Source: Torpedo marmorata (Eukaryota). From it: DNA of 64,000 nucleotides. The stretch lies in the NCBI GenBank assembly GCA_977017645.1, contig OZ360220.1, positions 282,410,001-282,474,000 on the forward strand, read 5' to 3'. A program made the translations under genes and the position numbers. Numbering within the stretch: the stretch's first letter is position 1; each line of letters opens with the position of its first letter. The notes below the pieces were generated by a model. That model had not been told where the DNA came from, did no database searches, and saw only the letters and a list, made by a program, of their open reading frames with translations. Shown one piece after another: positions 60,371 through 64,000 of the stretch.

Positions 60371-61340
60371 GAATTAATTATTTTCATCAGAAATGGATGA
60401 AAGTGAAGTATTAGAAGATGTTGCAAATAATACTATTGATTATTCATGTGTAATTGAATCAGATACAGGAATAAAACAAGTGACTAAAAACAAATCTGAA
60501 TGTAAATTTTGTAGTTCAGAGGTTACAACAGACAAAGCTAATGAAGAAATATTGCAATGTGATGTAAAACTGGAGAACACAGAAAATTGTGCTGATGGAA
60601 TAAAGAATAATGTGAATGATAATTTAATGCAATTGAATTCAGAGAACAAAATGTTGAAAGGGGAATTGTAAATATTAGATAATCATGAAAACAGTAAACA
60701 GAAAGATTTCATTGTAAGTAAAATTCGCAAAGTCAGAAAGCGGAAGAAAAGAATAACTGCTGAAGAAATGAATACAGTTATTGAGGAAAGAGATTCAGCA
60801 TTATCAAAATGTAAATGGTTGGAGGAAGAGATTAATATTTTGAAAGAGAACAAGTTATTGGTTAATAACACAAAACAGTTGACTTTAAAAAACAATCAAG
60901 AATGTAAATTTAATGTTCAGCTATTAACGATGCAGAAAGAATGTGATATTGCATTGCAGAAATGTAACAAGCAAGATGAAGTAATTAAAAAATTTCAAGT
61001 TTACCGCAGCATGGTATTTTGACTTCAGATCAAATTATTAATTTCTCGGAAAGAAATGAGACTGAATTGAAAGTTGCAAAATTGGATTTGGAATTGCAGG
61101 AAAAGGCAATAGAAACCAGAGTGGTTAAAGAGACCTGTTTATTAAAATCGAAAGGATCAGATAAATATTCAAATTCTAGTTCTAAGAGTTTAAATTCTTC
61201 ACCTGAGAAGTGAAATGCTGAAGAAAAGAATAAAGTGAAACGACATGCTGAAGAAGTGCCTCGTGTTAAATTCAAAAGAAAAACTGTATCTATTTTGTCT
61301 GAGGAAGATTTGAGGTTTACTGGTCGACATTTTAACTCAG
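60371..61340 (+). pseudogene. Coiled-coil coding cargo inside BEL, partly MIPOL1-like (60708-61010; probably also 61050-61140)
   Basis: RITAEEMNTVIEERDSALSKCKWLEEE..NNTKQLTLKNNQE..LLTMQKECDIALQKCNKQDEVIKKFQVY resembles recalled MIPOL1 RITAEEMSALIEERDAALSKCKRLEQE..NNMRHLTAENNQE..LLSMQQARETAVQQYKKLEEEIQTLRVY. No introns. Identity is from memory, not a search. Confidence 0.75.
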
Positions 61341-61364
61341 ATTCTGGAGATAAAACAACTTTGA

Positions 61365-61548
61365 AGAGACATTGTAATTATTCTGGATAATTCAACTCCA
61401 AGAAACTCCTGGTAACTTGAAAAAAATTATTAAGACTATTCAGGACAAAAGGGGACTTGTGCGACAAGTGCGAATTAAAACTAAGACTGGCTTTCTAAAT
61501 AGACCTATTAACAAGGTCTGCTTTCTGTTGGAGACGGAGGAACTTTAA
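61365..61548 (+). pseudogene. BEL integrase C-terminal remnant (DUF5641-like)
   Basis: DIVIILDNSTPRNSW..IIKTIQDKRGLVRQVRIKTKTGFLNRPINKVCFLLETEEL*. Confidence 0.8.
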
Positions 61549-61746
61549 TAAATACAAACTAACTTTATTTGTTGTTGTATACTTTACAGGTTACAGACTT
61601 TTGTTGATTCAGAGTTATGTTAAACTCTGGTCTTATGAAGAAAGAAGATTTGTATATTGTTTGAATGTTATGGTTATTGTTATTTATAATTTATTGTGTA
61701 ATTATTATTCAAGATATTGCGTCTAATTATAATAATTAGGGGCCGG

Positions 61747-62330
61747 TATAAGAGCCGTAAGCTTAATTGGTCGCGGCGCTCCGATGTCTCGGCGGGTTAC
61801 GGAGGAGTCGCGGTGTTTGTAGGCCGTGCTCGGCCTATTTGGTACTCTCCGTATGCGCTAGAGTGCCGATGGGCGCATGCGCAGTTGGGAATGACGGCAG
61901 TGTGCGCGGTGGAGTGTGCGCGGTGGAATGTGCGCGGTGGAGTATGCACGGTGAAATAGGCGCATTGAGCTTGCGCGAATGGGGAAGAATAATAGGAAAA
62001 AGATGGCGACGTAGGAGGGTGAGTGAGATCGCCATATCTTTTATTGACCATTTCATTGAGTGTTTCATTGAACATTTAAACTAGCTTTATTATGGTTTAA
62101 AGTAATTTAATTGAACATCTAAATACAGTCAAAGGAATCGTTTAAAGGAACTCATTAAACATCGTTATCAAGAACTGTTTATATTTAAGTCATTGAAGAT
62201 TGCTGCAAGTCACGTGTGTAAATAAAGTTTTCGAACATATCGGACTTTGTTAGTAAATTAATTGAAACGCGTCAAAGACAAGTTTCTCACTTAGCCTCCA
62301 AGTGACTATTGTTGGATCAAAGTCACTATA
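61747..62330 (+). repeat. BEL 3' LTR, preceded by PPT-like AGGGGCCGG
   Basis: Direct repeat of the 5' LTR. The first ~20 nt differ (TATAAGAGCCGTAAGC vs TGTAATTACTTACC). Confidence 0.88.
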
Positions 62331-63244
62331 CTAGCCGACCCATCTGTAACGTCACCTCCAATCACTGCCGTGCCATCCTCCTTAACCAATAATGCAACAG
62401 CCCCTCCTCTTTTACCGTCACCTCTGTCCTCCTGAAGCACCTGTATGCTGGAATATTGAAGTTCCAGTCCCGCCCCTCTCTTAACCAGGATTCCATAATG
62501 GCCACACCATCCCAGTCACATGTGTTTATCCATACCCTAGGTTCATCTGCCTCACCTGACAAACCTCGAGCATTAAAATAGGCACAATTTAAACCAACAG
62601 TCCTTCCTCGTTCCCTGCCTTTCTCCTGCCCACTAATTTTCCTCTCATCATCCTCCATACCAACTTCTAACGTGTCACCAGACTCTGTCCTTCATAGGAT
62701 ACCACCCCCTGCCAATCTAGTTTAAACCCACCCGTGTAGCACTAGTGAACCTGCCTGCCAGGATGTTGGTCCCTCTCTGGTTCAAGTGCAGCCCGTTCCA
62801 CTTGAACAGGTCGCCTCTCCCCCAGAAGAGATCCCAAAATTTATAAGATAATTTCTGAGGTTTATTTTTTTGAGAGCTATAAGCAGAATAACTGAAATGA
62901 AAAGACAATGACAGATGGACTGTTAGGATTTTTTTAAATGCCTCAAATTTATTGTTAATTACCTGAAAACTGAAACTATACAAGTCACAATAATATTCTT
63001 ATCAACCATGATGTTTGAATAATCGTGCTTCTGTAAAGAAGTTTTACAGAACACCAGCTCTTGTTTTAAATGTTGTTTTGTAAAATTCCACAAAAGAGCC
63101 TTTTGGCAATAGGTTGAACAACTACAATTCATCTGCTCCTGATGGTGTATCTTATACAGTTAATTGCTCTTTGTTGTGCCCATTTTTAAAATTAATCTGT
63201 CCAGTATACTTGTCCCAAACTACTCCAAACGCACCTCTGATGAT

Positions 63245-64000
63245 GAAATGAAATTGGGAGTGCATAGAGGAGGGAGATTGAAAACTTGGCTGAATGGTGG
63301 ACCAACAACAACCTTACACTCAATGTCTTCAAAACTAAGGAGCTGATTGTTGACTTCAGGAAGGGAAAGCCAGAGGTATGCAATCCAGTGACCAATGGGG
63401 GATCATTATCTTGGAGGATCTTTCCTGGACCCAACACACTAATGGCATCGTGAAGAAAGCACGTCAGCACCTCTACGTCCTCAGGAGTTTGCAGAGGTTT
63501 GGTATGACACCAGAAACCCTGGCAAATTTCTACAGATGTGTGGTGGAAAGTGTGCTGACCGGCTGTATCACGGTCTGGTATGGGGACACCAATACCCTTG
63601 AGCGTAAAGCCCTCCAAAAGGTGGTGGACACAGCTCCAGGACATCACCGGCAAAACCCTCCCCACTATCGAGAACATCTACAGGGAACGCTGCTGTCGGA
63701 GAGCAGCAGCAATCATCACGGATCCATACCACCCAGCACACGCTCTGTTCTCACTGCTGCCATCAGGAAAGAGGTATAGGTGCCACAAGACTCACTTCTC
63801 CAGGTGCAGGAACAGCTGCTACCCCTCCACCTCAACAACAAACTCAATCAGGGACTCATTTAAAGACTCTTACTTGTGCACTTTATTGATTTTTTAAATT
63901 CTCTCTGTATTGCACAGTCAGTTTGTTTACATATGTTATCTGTTTACAGTTCTTTATTTGTTTACATGTATACGCTGTGTACAGTTTTTTTTGCACTGCC
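63245..64000 (+). mobile_element. Rex1/Babar-type LINE 3' fragment
   Basis: ORFs 63378-63779 and 63580-63897. Same family as 21790-23080. Confidence 0.85.

Larger units (their letters stand above)
50563..62330 (+). mobile_element. BEL/Pao LTR retrotransposon, non-autonomous (no RT/RH/IN core), with four nested insertions
   Basis: LTR pair and 5-bp TSD CTAGC (50558-50562, 62331-62335). Gag with three Cys/His knuckles, protease FLDPGS, and a BEL integrase C-terminal remnant. Confidence 0.92.
48830..62840 (-). mobile_element. Internally deleted CR1 LINE hosting an L1 (49454-49959) and the BEL element
   Basis: 3' ORF2 end at 48928-49425, RT/APE remnants at 49975-50560. APE (62362-62658) and the ORF1 end (62717-62840) resume after the BEL TSD. 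Confidence 0.8.

Noticed and set aside
60708-61010. Exon of a genuine MIPOL1 locus
   Set aside because: It lies between BEL LTRs in frame with gag-pro, has nearby in-frame stops, and no other exons or convincing splice context were found.

Overview
Vertebrate genomic DNA, most likely from a cartilaginous fish (inferred from the CR1, Rex1/Babar, L1, Penelope and V-SINE repeat mix). The only host coding sequence I can identify is the last exon of centrin-3 (CETN3, + strand, 4565-4608). The rest is intergenic DNA packed with nested retroelements. Two elements stand out. (1) A complete, very young class I (HERV-I/IP-like) provirus at 9642-17498. It has LTRs that look identical by eye, a tRNA-Pro-like PBS, open gag and env, a UAG-readthrough pseudoknot, and only one visible lesion (a G8 run in integrase). 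(2) An 11.8-kb BEL/Pao LTR element at 50563-62330 with a 5-bp TSD. Once four younger insertions are removed, its RT/RNaseH/integrase core is seen to be replaced in frame by ~1.1 kb of coiled-coil coding sequence. Part of that sequence closely resembles the host gene MIPOL1, apparently with its segments in permuted order. Also present: Penelope fragments with minimal hammerhead-like motifs (one as a palindrome centred on the motif), a 5S-derived SINE, hAT and pogo-type MITEs, and a solo LTR. All protein-family assignments come from motif recognition and recall, not database searches.
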